From: an uncultured Alphaproteobacteria bacterium
GTDB lineage: Bacteria; Pseudomonadota; Alphaproteobacteria; Rickettsiales; JALZUV01
Assembly (NCBI GenBank): GCA_963837025.1
Contig: CAWILT010000002.1
Coordinates: 124,737 to 188,736, forward strand
DNA length: 64,000 nucleotides
Reading direction: 5' to 3'
Shown piece after piece: positions 44,055 to 54,665 of this stretch. A program made the translations under genes and the position numbers. Below the pieces are notes generated by a model. The model saw only the letters and a list, made by a program, of their open reading frames with translations, was not told where the DNA came from and searched no databases. How positions within the stretch are numbered: the first letter of the stretch is position 1; each line of letters opens with the position of its first letter.

Positions 44055-47000
44055 TTATCCTATGGCTTCTACGTTACGCAATGCAATCACCAGCATGGGG
44101 AAAGTTACTTCTTCAGATGTTTTTAAATCATCGATAAAGCGTTCAAATCGCGCTAGCGTTTTACGATTTTCATGCTGCCACGAATCAAGCAAATTTTCTT
44201 TGCTGCTTTTAGACTGGCTTGTGATAACCGATGAGGTTAAGCGGCGCTGCTGATCAAACATCTCGCTAATAATTGCCTTTGCAGCTAAACGCTCCCAATA
44301 GGTAGAAACGGTCATGCGCGAAGCTTCTCGGCGTAGCCATCCTAAGCGCATACGAGCACCTAATTCAAAGTAAAGCTTTCCTGCCTGCTCTAAACCCATA
44401 TCATGATCTTGCGAGAGTTTGATGACATCCAGCGCAGATGATGAAATTTCTAATCCGGCAATACGCCCCGCCAAATTTTCTGAGCTTTGCATATCCATAA
44501 AGCGTTTTTTCTTATCTTCAAACGCCTTGCCCAACGTATCGGATATCAATGATTGATGAATTTTCAGATAATCGTCAATCGCGGTTGAGAAGCGTTTCAT
44601 CGTTTCATTAATGCTGAGCGGCTGTGGCATATTACGCAACATCCAGATAACCACTCGTTCTAAGAAACGGCTAATTTGCGCGAAAATTTCAGCACGCGTT
44701 TTCGCAGGGATGGTAGTATCCGCTTCAATATCGCGCCAAAGGTCACGCACCCCAAATGCATCTCGCGCGACCACATAGGCGCGCGCAATATCGCAGGCCG
44801 GTAAGCCTGTATCTTGCTGAATTTGGAAAAAGAACGTGATACCTGCACGATTTACAATCGAGTTGGTGATAGAAGTTGCAATAATTTCGCGTTTGAGTCG
44901 ATGCGCTAAAATCAGATTTTTAAAGTCCTTACGCATTTGAACCGGAAAATAGCGAATTAAATCTTCTTCTAAATAACTTTCATCCGGAAAAGAGCTATCG
45001 AGTAAATCTTGATAAATCGCCATTTTAGAATAGGAAATTAAAACCGATAATTCTGGGCGAGTTAAAGGCTCACCGCTGGCTTTACGCTCTTTAATCTGCT
45101 TGGAATTAGGTAAAAACTCTACCTTACGGTTTAATAATCCCGTTTGCTCAAACGCTTCCATCATACGCGCTTGAGGCTCTAATAAGGTGAGGCCCTGCAC
45201 TTGTGCAGTCGAAATAGCCTGTGTTTGCAATAAATTATCGCGCAGAACCAGCCGCGCCACCTCATCCGTCATTTTTTCAAGTACACTATTACGACGCTTT
45301 AAAGTAATATCGCCATGCTCAAGGCCATGACGGAATGCAATTTTAATATTTACTTCATGATCCGAGCAATCGACGCCGGCCGAATTATCAATTGCATCGG
45401 TATTAATGCGTCCACCATGCAAAGCATATTCAATGCGGCCTAGTTGGGTGAACCCGAGATTTCCGCCTTCGCCCACCACGTTGCAACGCAGCTCTGAGCC
45501 ATCAACTCGCAGCATATTATTGCTACGATCGCCCACTTGCTCATGCGTTTCGCTTTCCGCTTTCACATAAGTGCCGATGCCCCCATTCCATAACAGCCCA
45601 ACGGGCGCTTTAAGCATGGCCTGAATTAACTCATTAGGGCTTAGACTATCTTCTGAGGTTTCAATCGCGAAGGCTTCGCGCATTGCTTTTGTAAGTTTAA
45701 TCGCCTTATCGCTGCGCGAAAATACTCCCCCGCCGCTAGATATTAGTTTCGTATCGTAATCTGTCCAACTGCTGCGCTCCATCTCAAAAAGGCGTTGGCG
45801 CTCTTTGAAACTGGTTTTTGCGTTAGGTGTCGGGTCTATAAAAATATGCAGATGGTTAAATGCACCGACTAATTTAATATGCTCGCTCAGTAACATTCCG
45901 TTGCCAAACACATCGCCTGACATATCGCCGATACCCACCACGGTAAAATCTTCGTTTTGGATATCAATATCCATTTCGCTAAAGTGACGCGTTACCGATA
46001 TCCAGGCACCTTTAGCGGTGATACCCATTTCCTTATGGTCATACCCCACCGATCCGCCCGATGCGAAAGCATCGCCCAGCCAAAAATCATATTCGGCTGA
46101 TACGGAGTTAGCATAATCGGAGAAGCTGGCTGTGCCTTTATCAGCCGCTACTACCAAATAAGGATCGTCGCCATCATGGCGCACTACATTGTGCGGATAA
46201 CTTATTTTGCCTTTAACTAAATTATCGGTTAAATCGAGCAATCCACGTAAGTAAATTTTATAGCATTCAATGCCCTCTTTAAGATACGCATCGCGCCCGC
46301 CCTCAATAGGTGGTTGTTTAACGACAAAGCCACCTTTGGAACCTACCGGAACAATCACCGCATTTTTTACCATTTGGGCTTTCATCAAGCCGAGCACTTC
46401 GGTGCGGTAATCTTCACGTCTATCTGACCAACGCAAGCCACCACGCGCCACTTTGCCGCCGCGAAGATGGATGCCTTCCACGCGACGTGCATATACAAAA
46501 ATTTCGGCGTAGGGGCGTGGTAAGGGTAAATCGGGCACTTTGGTTGAATCAAATTTAAATGATAAATAGGATTTTGGCTGACCGTTTTCATCTAATTGAT
46601 AATAATTAGTGCGCCATGTTGATGAGATAAGATCGCGGAAAATACCTAAAATCGTGTCATGCTCTAAATTGGTCACGCCTGCTAGCAGCTGCTCAATCGT
46701 GCTTAAGCATTCTTTCTCATCATCTTGGCGGGCTTTATTGGCTTTAGGATTAAAGCGCGTGGTAAAATAATCCAACAGCGCATGTGCTATTTTTGGGTTA
46801 CACGTAAGCGTATCACTCATAGCCTTATTCGAGTAGGTGCTTTTTGTTTGACGTAAATAACGGCCATAGGCTCGTAAAATACCAATCTCGCGCCAGTTAA
46901 ATCCGGCAAGAAGTGCCAAAGCATTTAAACCATCATTATCCATCTTACCTTGCCAAATATTCAGCAAGATTTCTTCCATCAACGGTTTTACTTTTTCAAT

Positions 47001-48830
47001 GTCGATAGCAATATCAGCATTGCGCGTTTTTAACGTAAAGTCGCGTACCCAAATTTCAGAAACACCCTCATTAACCGGCACCACGCGGAAGGGATGCTCA
47101 TCAATCACATGAAAGCCTAGGTTTTCTAACATGGGCAGAATGTCCGATAAAGTGGCCTGCCTATCTGGATTATAAAATTTAAGTTGCAAGGTATCAGCAG
47201 GTTTAAATTTGCTGTGATATAGCTCAATACCCATAGTATTATCTGCAATTATTTTGCGAATTTTAGTGATATCATGCATCGCATTGCGCGGTTCATAATA
47301 ATCACTGTAGCTTTTGCTAAAGGCATTTTTATAAGCGTTAAATAACGGCATGGCCGCTTTTTCGCCATTGGTTTCGATTAAATCCTGTTTTAAACGCTCT
47401 TGCCAATCATAGGTTACAGCGGAGATAAGGGACTCAAGCTCTTCTAAAGGTATATTTGGAATGCTTCCCGGCGTTGTTTTGACGATAAAATGCACGCGCG
47501 CCAGAGGCGAGTCTGTCATTTGAGTATAAAAATCGCTTACTTTACCATTTAACGTAGTGGCGATAATATTTTGAATTTTTTCACGTAACTCGGTGTTGAA
47601 TCTATCGCGCGGTACAAATACCATGCAGCTTACAAAACGCTCAAAAATATCGCGGCGCAGGAACAGATGAACACGCGGACTAGCTTCAACCGAAAGTACT
47701 CCCATCGCATAATTAAACACATCTTTTTCCGACATTTGGAACAGCTCATCCCGTGGCGCAAATTCGAGTATTGTTTTAAGTGCTTTACCATCATGGCTAT
47801 TTTCATCAAAATTGGCGCGGCGCATCACTTTTTCGAGCTTGCGGCGAATCATAGGAATATTTTCAGCACTTTGGAAATATACGTTTGAGGTGAATAAACC
47901 AATAAAACGGCGCTCACCAATCACCTTACCATCGGCATCAAAACGCTTAACACCAATATAATCCATCTGCACCGAGCGATGCACAACGGATACCGTGTTT
48001 GATTTAGTAATTTCGAGCAAATGGGGCTGTAAAGCAAAATGCTTCGATTCTTTACTTAACGCCTGATAACCCTTTGGTTTTGATGAAAAATCAAACGCAA
48101 ACAGGCCTCTTTCGCTATTAGGAACAACCGTGATTGAGTCTTTGCCGCCGGTAAAATCATAATCAATTGCTCCCAAAAAAATGAAATTGTCAGAGATAAG
48201 CCAGTGTAAAAAATCGATCGCTTCTTTAACTTCATTATCTTTATCAGTCTCTTTTGCAAGCGCAGCGATGGTTTCATTAGCCTTAGTAATCATACCATGC
48301 CAATCACGCACCACAGTGCGGATCACTGCTAATGTTTCCTCTAGCATTTTCATGAGGGTTTTCTCGTTTAAAGCATTCCCTAAATGAGGCATTTCGATAC
48401 GAATGAAAGATTCTTTTTTAGCACCACTACCCCCACACGAAACGTAATTTCCTGATTTATCACGTTCAATCATCATTATGGGGTGAATGATGGATTGTGG
48501 TGGCAGGCTTTTGCGTGATAGGGCTGCTGTGATTGAATCCACCAAAAACGGCATATCATCATTGAGCATCGTTAAAACGAATTGACCCGATTTAGCATCG
48601 GTTTGTAATTGTATTTTGGGTACCTGCGCTTCGCGCTTACTTACAAAGCTATACGCTTCTTTCGCTATGGCAATCGCATCTTTAGGACTCAAGCGCTCAA
48701 GATCGGTAATCGGCATTTTAGCAAAGAAGCTTTGCGTGAAGCTTTTTAAATCTTCCGAAGCGCTTTGTGGCAGCGCCGCTTTTATCTTGGTCAATAATTC
48801 GGTGATTTGAGTGCGGTAGTTTTTCGTCAT
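44055..48830 (-). CDS. gdhB: Large NAD-specific glutamate dehydrogenase (GdhB/GdhZ type)
   Basis: DDMPFLVDS, ARGGLRWSDR, KNAVIVP.GSKGG, VVAADKGTA, GIGDMSGDVFGNG and DNSAGVDCSDHEVN motifs; start at 48830 or 48839. Confidence 0.96.
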   Translation of the reverse strand: MTKNYRTQITELLTKIKAALPQSASEDLKSFTQSFFAKMPITDLERLSPKDAIAIAKEAYSFVSKREAQVPKIQLQTDAKSGQFVLTMLNDDMPFLVDSITAALSRKSLPPQSIIHPIMMIERDKSGNYVSCGGSGAKKESFIRIEMPHLGNALNEKTLMKMLEETLAVIRTVVRDWHGMITKANETIAALAKETDKDNEVKEAIDFLHWLISDNFIFLGAIDYDFTGGKDSITVVPNSERGLFAFDFSSKPKGYQALSKESKHFALQPHLLEITKSNTVSVVHRSVQMDYIGVKRFDADGKVIGERRFIGLFTSNVYFQSAENIPMIRRKLEKVMRRANFDENSHDGKALKTILEFAPRDELFQMSEKDVFNYAMGVLSVEASPRVHLFLRRDIFERFVSCMVFVPRDRFNTELREKIQNIIATTLNGKVSDFYTQMTDSPLARVHFIVKTTPGSIPNIPLEELESLISAVTYDWQERLKQDLIETNGEKAAMPLFNAYKNAFSKSYSDYYEPRNAMHDITKIRKIIADNTMGIELYHSKFKPADTLQLKFYNPDRQATLSDILPMLENLGFHVIDEHPFRVVPVNEGVSEIWVRDFTLKTRNADIAIDIEKVKPLMEEILLNIWQGKMDNDGLNALALLAGFNWREIGILRAYGRYLRQTKSTYSNKAMSDTLTCNPKIAHALLDYFTTRFNPKANKARQDDEKECLSTIEQLLAGVTNLEHDTILGIFRDLISSTWRTNYYQLDENGQPKSYLSFKFDSTKVPDLPLPRPYAEIFVYARRVEGIHLRGGKVARGGLRWSDRREDYRTEVLGLMKAQMVKNAVIVPVGSKGGFVVKQPPIEGGRDAYLKEGIECYKIYLRGLLDLTDNLVKGKISYPHNVVRHDGDDPYLVVAADKGTASFSDYANSVSAEYDFWLGDAFASGGSVGYDHKEMGITAKGAWISVTRHFSEMDIDIQNEDFTVVGIGDMSGDVFGNGMLLSEHIKLVGAFNHLHIFIDPTPNAKTSFKERQRLFEMERSSWTDYDTKLISSGGGVFSRSDKAIKLTKAMREAFAIETSEDSLSPNELIQAMLKAPVGLLWNGGIGTYVKAESETHEQVGDRSNNMLRVDGSELRCNVVGEGGNLGFTQLGRIEYALHGGRINTDAIDNSAGVDCSDHEVNIKIAFRHGLEHGDITLKRRNSVLEKMTDEVARLVLRDNLLQTQAISTAQVQGLTLLEPQARMMEAFEQTGLLNRKVEFLPNSKQIKERKASGEPLTRPELSVLISYSKMAIYQDLLDSSFPDESYLEEDLIRYFPVQMRKDFKNLILAHRLKREIIATSITNSIVNRAGITFFFQIQQDTGLPACDIARAYVVARDAFGVRDLWRDIEADTTIPAKTRAEIFAQISRFLERVVIWMLRNMPQPLSINETMKRFSTAIDDYLKIHQSLISDTLGKAFEDKKKRFMDMQSSENLAGRIAGLEISSSALDVIKLSQDHDMGLEQAGKLYFELGARMRLGWLRREASRMTVSTYWERLAAKAIISEMFDQQRRLTSSVITSQSKSSKENLLDSWQHENRKTLARFERFIDDLKTSEEVTFPMLVIALRNVEAIG

Positions 48831-49054
48831 GATGGGCATGTGCCTATTAGCAGTTATTAATTGCGTTAAAATGGCCCGACCTGCCAACTTACGCAAGTTA
48901 TTTCACTAAATACCCTATTTTGACGCTGCTTATTTTTATCAAAAAATGCAGATAGCGGGTTATGAATGAGTGTTATAATCCGCTTTTAAGATATAATTAT
49001 TGTAGATAAGTAAATGACACTTGCACTTGAGGCAATTTGGCCTATCAAAAGCGC

Positions 49055-50605
49055 ATGAAAATACAACGCGCTTTGCTATCCGTTTCTGATAAAACCCATC
49101 TTATCGCTTTTGCTAGCCAGTTATTTAAGCTGGGAGTAGAACTGCTTTCTACTGGTGGTACAGCCAAAGCATTGCGTGAAGAAGGGCTTGCGGTAACCGA
49201 TGTTTCATCGGTTACGAATTTCCCTGAAATTATGGATGGGCGCGTTAAAACACTGCACCCTAAAATTCATGGCGGTATTTTGGCTGATCGCGACAATCCA
49301 CAGCATATGCAAGCGATGCAAACCCACGCTATTGAGGGGATTGATTTGGTGGTGCTTAACCTTTATCCGTTTGAAGCTACGGTAGAGCGCGGCGCAGATT
49401 TTACCGAAACGATTGAGAATATCGATATTGGTGGCCCCGCCATGTTACGCGCTGCCGCCAAAAACCATGCACATGTTACAATCGTTACTGATCCTGCCGA
49501 TTATGATTTAGTGTTGCAGGAAATGGCGGAGAATCAGGGCGAAACAACGCTTGCGTTTCGAAAAAATCTGGCTTTAAAAGCTTTCAGTCTTACCGCTTAT
49601 TACGATGCGAAAATTGCTGGCTGGTTGAGCCAACACACGCATTCGGAAGGTTTTCCGCCGCGCTTTACGTTTCCTGCAAACTTGCAATCTACCTTGCGCT
49701 ATGGCGAAAACCCGCATCAAACCGCGGCGTTATTCACTACCCATGCTAATGCAGGCACTTTAGCGGGAGCTAAGCAAATTCAAGGTAAAGAGCTTAGCTA
49801 TAATAATTTAAATGATACCGATGCCGCTTGGATTATCGCAAATGAATTTGATGAACCTTGTGTGGCCATTATCAAGCATGCCAACCCTTGTGGCGTTGCA
49901 ATTGGGGCTAATTGTGTGGAGGCCTTTCACAAAGCACTAGCCTGCGACCCTGTTTCAGCATATGGGGGCATTATCGCGATTAACCAGCCGCTCACCAAAG
50001 AGTTTGTTAAAGCAATGGGCAAACTATTTGTAGAAGTTATCATAGCTCCTTCGGTTGAAGAAGATGCCGCTCAAGCCCTTACGAAAAAGCCAAACCTTCG
50101 TTTGCTTGATGCGGGTGGCCTGCTGCCAGCAGATGCAAAACCGCTTATGATGACTCTCATCACGGGCGGTGTATTAGTGCAAGATACTGACTCAAAGCGC
50201 ATTAGCTTAGATGATTTAACTGAGGTTAGCGCTAAAGCAGCCAGTGATGAGCAGCGCGAAGATTTGCTTTTTGCTTTTCGTATTTGCAAACATGTGAAAT
50301 CAAATGCCATTGTTATCGCGCGAGATGGCGCCACCTTAGGCATCGGCGCAGGGCAAATGAGCCGTGTTGATTCGGTGCGCATTGCGTGCTGGAAAGCGCA
50401 AGAAGCTGGGTTATCCACGCAAGGCGCGGTATTAGCATCGGATGCTTTTTTCCCGTTTGATGATAATGTGCATCGCGCGGCAGAAGCGAGCATTGCTGCG
50501 TTAGTGCAGCCTGGCGGCTCAATTCGTGATAATGATGTGATTGCGGCGGCGGATAAACATGGCATGGTAATGGTCACCACCGGCATTCGCCATTTTCGCC
50601 ATTAA
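49055..50605 (+). CDS. purH: Bifunctional AICAR transformylase / IMP cyclohydrolase
   Basis: ALLSVSDK, GRVKTLHP, IDIGGP, LRYGENPHQ, KHANPCG, SDAFFPF and RHFRH motifs. Confidence 0.98.
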   Translation: MKIQRALLSVSDKTHLIAFASQLFKLGVELLSTGGTAKALREEGLAVTDVSSVTNFPEIMDGRVKTLHPKIHGGILADRDNPQHMQAMQTHAIEGIDLVVLNLYPFEATVERGADFTETIENIDIGGPAMLRAAAKNHAHVTIVTDPADYDLVLQEMAENQGETTLAFRKNLALKAFSLTAYYDAKIAGWLSQHTHSEGFPPRFTFPANLQSTLRYGENPHQTAALFTTHANAGTLAGAKQIQGKELSYNNLNDTDAAWIIANEFDEPCVAIIKHANPCGVAIGANCVEAFHKALACDPVSAYGGIIAINQPLTKEFVKAMGKLFVEVIIAPSVEEDAAQALTKKPNLRLLDAGGLLPADAKPLMMTLITGGVLVQDTDSKRISLDDLTEVSAKAASDEQREDLLFAFRICKHVKSNAIVIARDGATLGIGAGQMSRVDSVRIACWKAQEAGLSTQGAVLASDAFFPFDDNVHRAAEASIAALVQPGGSIRDNDVIAAADKHGMVMVTTGIRHFRH

Positions 50606-50608
50606 GAT

Positions 50609-50962
50609 TTAGGTGAGTAAATTAAGAAGGTTTCCTTGTTTGCGATTGGCTGATTCGCTGCCAATAAGCTGCCCAACAGGGTTATTCACCCGCTCTTGCT
50701 GATTGCGATTGAAGCGATCAATAGAATCGATATCGGCCAATAATTTTGCCGCTTTGCTTTCGCTCACATTAGCAGTGATAAATTGACGAATATCATCACT
50801 AATTTTCACAACGCTAGATGGGCTAGAAATATTATAACGCTGGTTTAGAAGCTGTTTGGTAACATTATCCAAACCATTATCAGGACTAAATAACGCGAGC
50901 TGACTCGTGGAGGATTTTGCGCCCGAACCAAATAAACCTGAAGTTAATAAACGATCAATCAT
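50609..50962 (-). CDS. Hypothetical protein (117 aa)
   Basis: Fills the purH-ampG gap; Ser-rich N-terminus and C-terminal GNLLNLLT. Confidence 0.55.
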   Translation of the reverse strand: MIDRLLTSGLFGSGAKSSTSQLALFSPDNGLDNVTKQLLNQRYNISSPSSVVKISDDIRQFITANVSESKAAKLLADIDSIDRFNRNQQERVNNPVGQLIGSESANRKQGNLLNLLT

Positions 50963-51013
50963 CGTACCATTATACGCTATTTTAGACCTTCATGATATGT
51001 TTATCATTTTAGC

Positions 51014-52288
51014 TTAATTTATTGCTAGCGTACGAAAGCTGCGGCGGTTTATCCAGATGATGGCCAAGCAAGGTAAACCTAAAAAGGCAGATAGAGTAAA
51101 CATGGTTGTCCAACCATAGGTTTGCGCAACCCATCCGGCGCTTCCTGCTAGTAAAATACTGCCTAAACTAGCCAATGAAGCTAATAGCGCATATTGCGTA
51201 GCGGTATAGCGAGCCGATTGGCATAGGCGCATCATAAAGGCGATGGCGGCGGCAGTTACCATGCCGCCCGATAGATTATCCATGGTAATGGCAAAGGTGA
51301 GTGCGTTGATATCCTTACCCACAATCGATAATAATAAATATGATAAATTGGCGAGTAGTTGAAATAATGCAAAGCTCCACAATGCAGTAAATAGCCCTAG
51401 TTTGGCAATCATCGCACCACCAATAAACATGCCTGCCAAAGTAGCACCAAAGCCAAATAGCTTGGCGATGGAAGCAATGGTTGATTTATCAAACCCGATT
51501 TGCAAAAAGAATGGTGTCGTCATAAAGCCAATAAACCCATCCGATAGACGATAGAATAAAATAAAAGCCAGCAGCCACGCCCAATTGGGTAAACGCTGCA
51601 TAAAATCTTTAAATGGCCCAATGAGTGCAGATTTTAGGAAGTTTTTATCCACCGCTAATTCTGAAATTTCCTCGCGCTTGGCGGCAGGCGAAACGGCTAG
51701 CGTGGTAATAAATCCTATGATCATGCAAGCAGCCATCGCTAAATAAGCGGCGTTCCAACTAATAAAATCTGCGACATAAAGAGCGCCAGCGCCAGCGACT
51801 AACATGCCTAAGCGATAGCCAAAAACCGCCATGGCAGCCCCTTCACCATATTGCGAAGGATCCAGATATTCGGTGCGAAAAGCATCAATTACAATATCTT
51901 GACTGGCAGATAAAAAGGCGATGCTTAGCGCGATGGATGCTAGGGCGATGGGTTGTTGGGTTGGGCTTACAAATGCGATGGCGGCAATGGCAATCGCTAA
52001 TAATATTTGAGTAACTACCATCCAACTACGGCGATGTCCAAGCCGTTTGGTGAGATAGGGAATGGAAAAATAATCGACAAACGGCGCCCATAAAAAGTTA
52101 AAACTATAAGGTAATGCAACATAGGCAAATAAGCCAACAGCCGCCATTTCGGTGCCATTATCAGTCAGCAATGCTCCTAAGGTTGATGCCACTAACAAAC
52201 GTGGTAAACCGCTGGAAAAGCCTAAAAACATTATTGCAATGATTTTGGGATGAAAGTAAATTTGGCACCAATCAATTATCGCTTTCAT
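51014..52288 (-). CDS. ampG: AmpG muropeptide MFS permease
   Basis: LGFSSGLP, FLWAPFVD, GHRRSW, SASQDIVIDA and TATQYAL motifs; ATG overlaps the hemH stop. Confidence 0.93.
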   Translation of the reverse strand: MKAIIDWCQIYFHPKIIAIMFLGFSSGLPRLLVASTLGALLTDNGTEMAAVGLFAYVALPYSFNFLWAPFVDYFSIPYLTKRLGHRRSWMVVTQILLAIAIAAIAFVSPTQQPIALASIALSIAFLSASQDIVIDAFRTEYLDPSQYGEGAAMAVFGYRLGMLVAGAGALYVADFISWNAAYLAMAACMIIGFITTLAVSPAAKREEISELAVDKNFLKSALIGPFKDFMQRLPNWAWLLAFILFYRLSDGFIGFMTTPFFLQIGFDKSTIASIAKLFGFGATLAGMFIGGAMIAKLGLFTALWSFALFQLLANLSYLLLSIVGKDINALTFAITMDNLSGGMVTAAAIAFMMRLCQSARYTATQYALLASLASLGSILLAGSAGWVAQTYGWTTMFTLSAFLGLPCLAIIWINRRSFRTLAIN

Positions 52289-53334
52289 CAGGAAGCCTGC
52301 CCCATGCAAATGCATTTACTAAATTCAACAGGACATAATCGTGCGCCATTATGCGCAACGGTTTGATTCGCGTGGCGCAATGCGCAAAGCTCGGCTAAAG
52401 CGGTGATATAATCGGCTTGGGTGCCCAGTGTATTTACGCGCTCATAGCCTATCACACCATGTTCTTTTGCCAATTCGCGATATTCGATATCGAGTTCAAC
52501 CAAGGTTTCGGAATGTTCGCTAACAAAGGCTATTGCTACGATAATAACCGCAACCTTATCGTGTCCTGCGCGCTCAATTTCCGTTTCAGTTGAGGGTATT
52601 AACCATTGTAGTGGCCCCACTTTGCTTTGATAGCAGACACGCCAATCGCAATTATCCATATTCATTTTTTGCATGATTGCTGAAGCAGTTTGCTCAATTT
52701 GCCACTGATAAGGATCACCCGCATCTACAATTTTTTGCGGCAACCCATGCGCGGAGAATAAAATACGAACCTCGCCATATTTTTCAACCGCTGCGAGATA
52801 TCCTTGTTTAAGCAACGCGGCATGGCTTTGTATGAATCGTTCTATTGTAGGATAACAACCAATTTTGGATGTCGGAAGGGTCAAATGTTGTTTTTCCGCT
52901 TCCTTATCCCAAGCATTAAATGAGCTGCCCGTAGTTGTGGTTGAAAATTGAGGATATAGCGGCAATAATTTAACTTCATCAGCCCCCCATTTTTTCACCG
53001 CAGATACGCACTCAGCCGTCATTGGGTGCCAATAGCGCATGGCGATAAAGCATTTATATTCTACCTGTTCATCATTGGTATTTAACTGCAATTGAAGGGC
53101 ATTAGCTTGTTCTTGTGATAATTCAAGCAGCGGCGATTTACCCCCCAAATGCTTATAAATTTCCTGAGCAATGGGCGCGCGGCGCGTGGATATTAGTTTA
53201 GCAATGAGCCAACGAATAGGCTGCGGCGCCCCAATAATCGCCTTATCGTTAAAAAGATTAAACAGAAAGGGCTGCACCGATTCGAGCTTATCCGGCCCCC
53301 CCAAATTACATAATACCACTGCTATTTTTCTCAT
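52288..53334 (-). CDS. hemH: Ferrochelatase
   Basis: NLGGP, GGKSPL, MRYWHP, PLYPQFS, FSAHGLP and FVSEHSETLVELD motifs. Confidence 0.97.
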   Translation of the reverse strand: MRKIAVVLCNLGGPDKLESVQPFLFNLFNDKAIIGAPQPIRWLIAKLISTRRAPIAQEIYKHLGGKSPLLELSQEQANALQLQLNTNDEQVEYKCFIAMRYWHPMTAECVSAVKKWGADEVKLLPLYPQFSTTTTGSSFNAWDKEAEKQHLTLPTSKIGCYPTIERFIQSHAALLKQGYLAAVEKYGEVRILFSAHGLPQKIVDAGDPYQWQIEQTASAIMQKMNMDNCDWRVCYQSKVGPLQWLIPSTETEIERAGHDKVAVIIVAIAFVSEHSETLVELDIEYRELAKEHGVIGYERVNTLGTQADYITALAELCALRHANQTVAHNGARLCPVEFSKCICMGQAS

Positions 53335-54350
53335 GCGCTTAGAAACTCTACAAGTTTTTCGACATGGCTAACCGGTGTTTCAGGAATAAACCCATGCCCT
53401 AAATTGAAAATGAAAGGTGTATCGGCATAGGCATCAACTAAACGCTTCGCCTCATCCACTGCGCCTTTCGCGTCACTGGCCAGCAAAATAGGGTCTAGAT
53501 TACCTTGCAACACGACATGCTGCGATAAGTGCGATTTAGCCCATTTAGGTGTGATTTGCACATCCAACCCCACCGCATCAATTCCCGTCTGCATTACATA
53601 GCGTTGATATCCAATTCCTGCCAATCGCGGAAAGCCGATGATGGGTAAATGCGGGTAGCGCTTTTTCAACGCGGATACTAAGCGTCTTGTGGGGGCTACA
53701 ACCCAAGCATCAAACTCAGCGGCGGAACACACTCCTGACCAGCTATCGAAAAATTGGATGACTTCAGCGCCCGCATCCACCTGTTTCGACACATAATCGA
53801 GCGTTGCAGCTTCAATCTTTTCAAGCAGCTGAGCAAATGCTTGCGGTTGCTGATGGCCAAATTTACGCGCCGTAGCAAAATCTTTACTGCCACCACCTTG
53901 GAGCATGTAACACGCAAGCGTCCATGGACTACCGCTAAACCCGATTAAGGTTTTATCCTGTGGTAACTTTTGCTTTAATAATGTAACGGTTTGGTAAATT
54001 GGATTCAATTTTTCAGGATCATATTCGAGCGCTTGCACCTCTTGCAGACTCGAAATTGGCGGTAGTTTCGGCCCCTCACCTTTTTCAAATCGTAAAGGCT
54101 GACCCAGCGCCATGGGAATCACGAGAATATCTGAAAATAAGATGGCTGCATCCATATTAAACCGACGAATGGGCTGTAACGTTACTTCTGCCGCTTTTTC
54201 AGGATTAAAGCATAAATCTAAGAAGCCACCACAGCTGGCTCGCGTTTCCAAATATTCCGGCAGGTATCGTCCCGCTTGGCGCATAAACCAGAATGGTGGT
54301 TTAGGATGCAATTTACGGTTAAGCGTTTGAAGCAATTTCTTATCAGTCAT
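53331..54350 (-). CDS. hemE: Uroporphyrinogen decarboxylase
   Basis: WFMRQAGRYLPEY, AAILFSDIL, QGNLDP and FNLGHG motifs. Confidence 0.98.
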   Translation of the reverse strand: MTDKKLLQTLNRKLHPKPPFWFMRQAGRYLPEYLETRASCGGFLDLCFNPEKAAEVTLQPIRRFNMDAAILFSDILVIPMALGQPLRFEKGEGPKLPPISSLQEVQALEYDPEKLNPIYQTVTLLKQKLPQDKTLIGFSGSPWTLACYMLQGGGSKDFATARKFGHQQPQAFAQLLEKIEAATLDYVSKQVDAGAEVIQFFDSWSGVCSAAEFDAWVVAPTRRLVSALKKRYPHLPIIGFPRLAGIGYQRYVMQTGIDAVGLDVQITPKWAKSHLSQHVVLQGNLDPILLASDAKGAVDEAKRLVDAYADTPFIFNLGHGFIPETPVSHVEKLVEFLSA

Positions 54351-54665
54351 GCGAAAAGGTTTAATTCAAACTTCGCAAGGAAACAAACTAAATAAATAAT
54401 ATATTTTAATAAGATAGTAGTAAATAGTTATGCAGTGATTATCGGGGATTAAATTGTTTCATCAACTTATACTCTCATTTTTCCACAGGCAAAAGCCAGA
54501 GTATCAAAGCATTTTAATTCGTTATTCCATCATTATGCCCACTCCATTTAAATTGTGTATAAGCATCGCGTAAATTTTGGAGTAAGTGCCATAAATTTTG
54601 TATAAATATTACTCCACAAATCCTTCCATAGATTTCACCCCCAGTTATGCTATGAGTTATCCCCA
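54351..54665. other. Predicted chromosomal replication origin (oriC)
   Basis: hemE/DUF299 divergent gap, the known alphaproteobacterial oriC position. TTWTNCACA boxes at 54479-54487 and 54554-54562 (reverse); weaker boxes at 54597, 54610 and 54657; AT-rich tract 54381-54430 with TAGTAGTAA; IHF-like TATCAAAGCATTT at 54502-54514. Confidence 0.88.
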
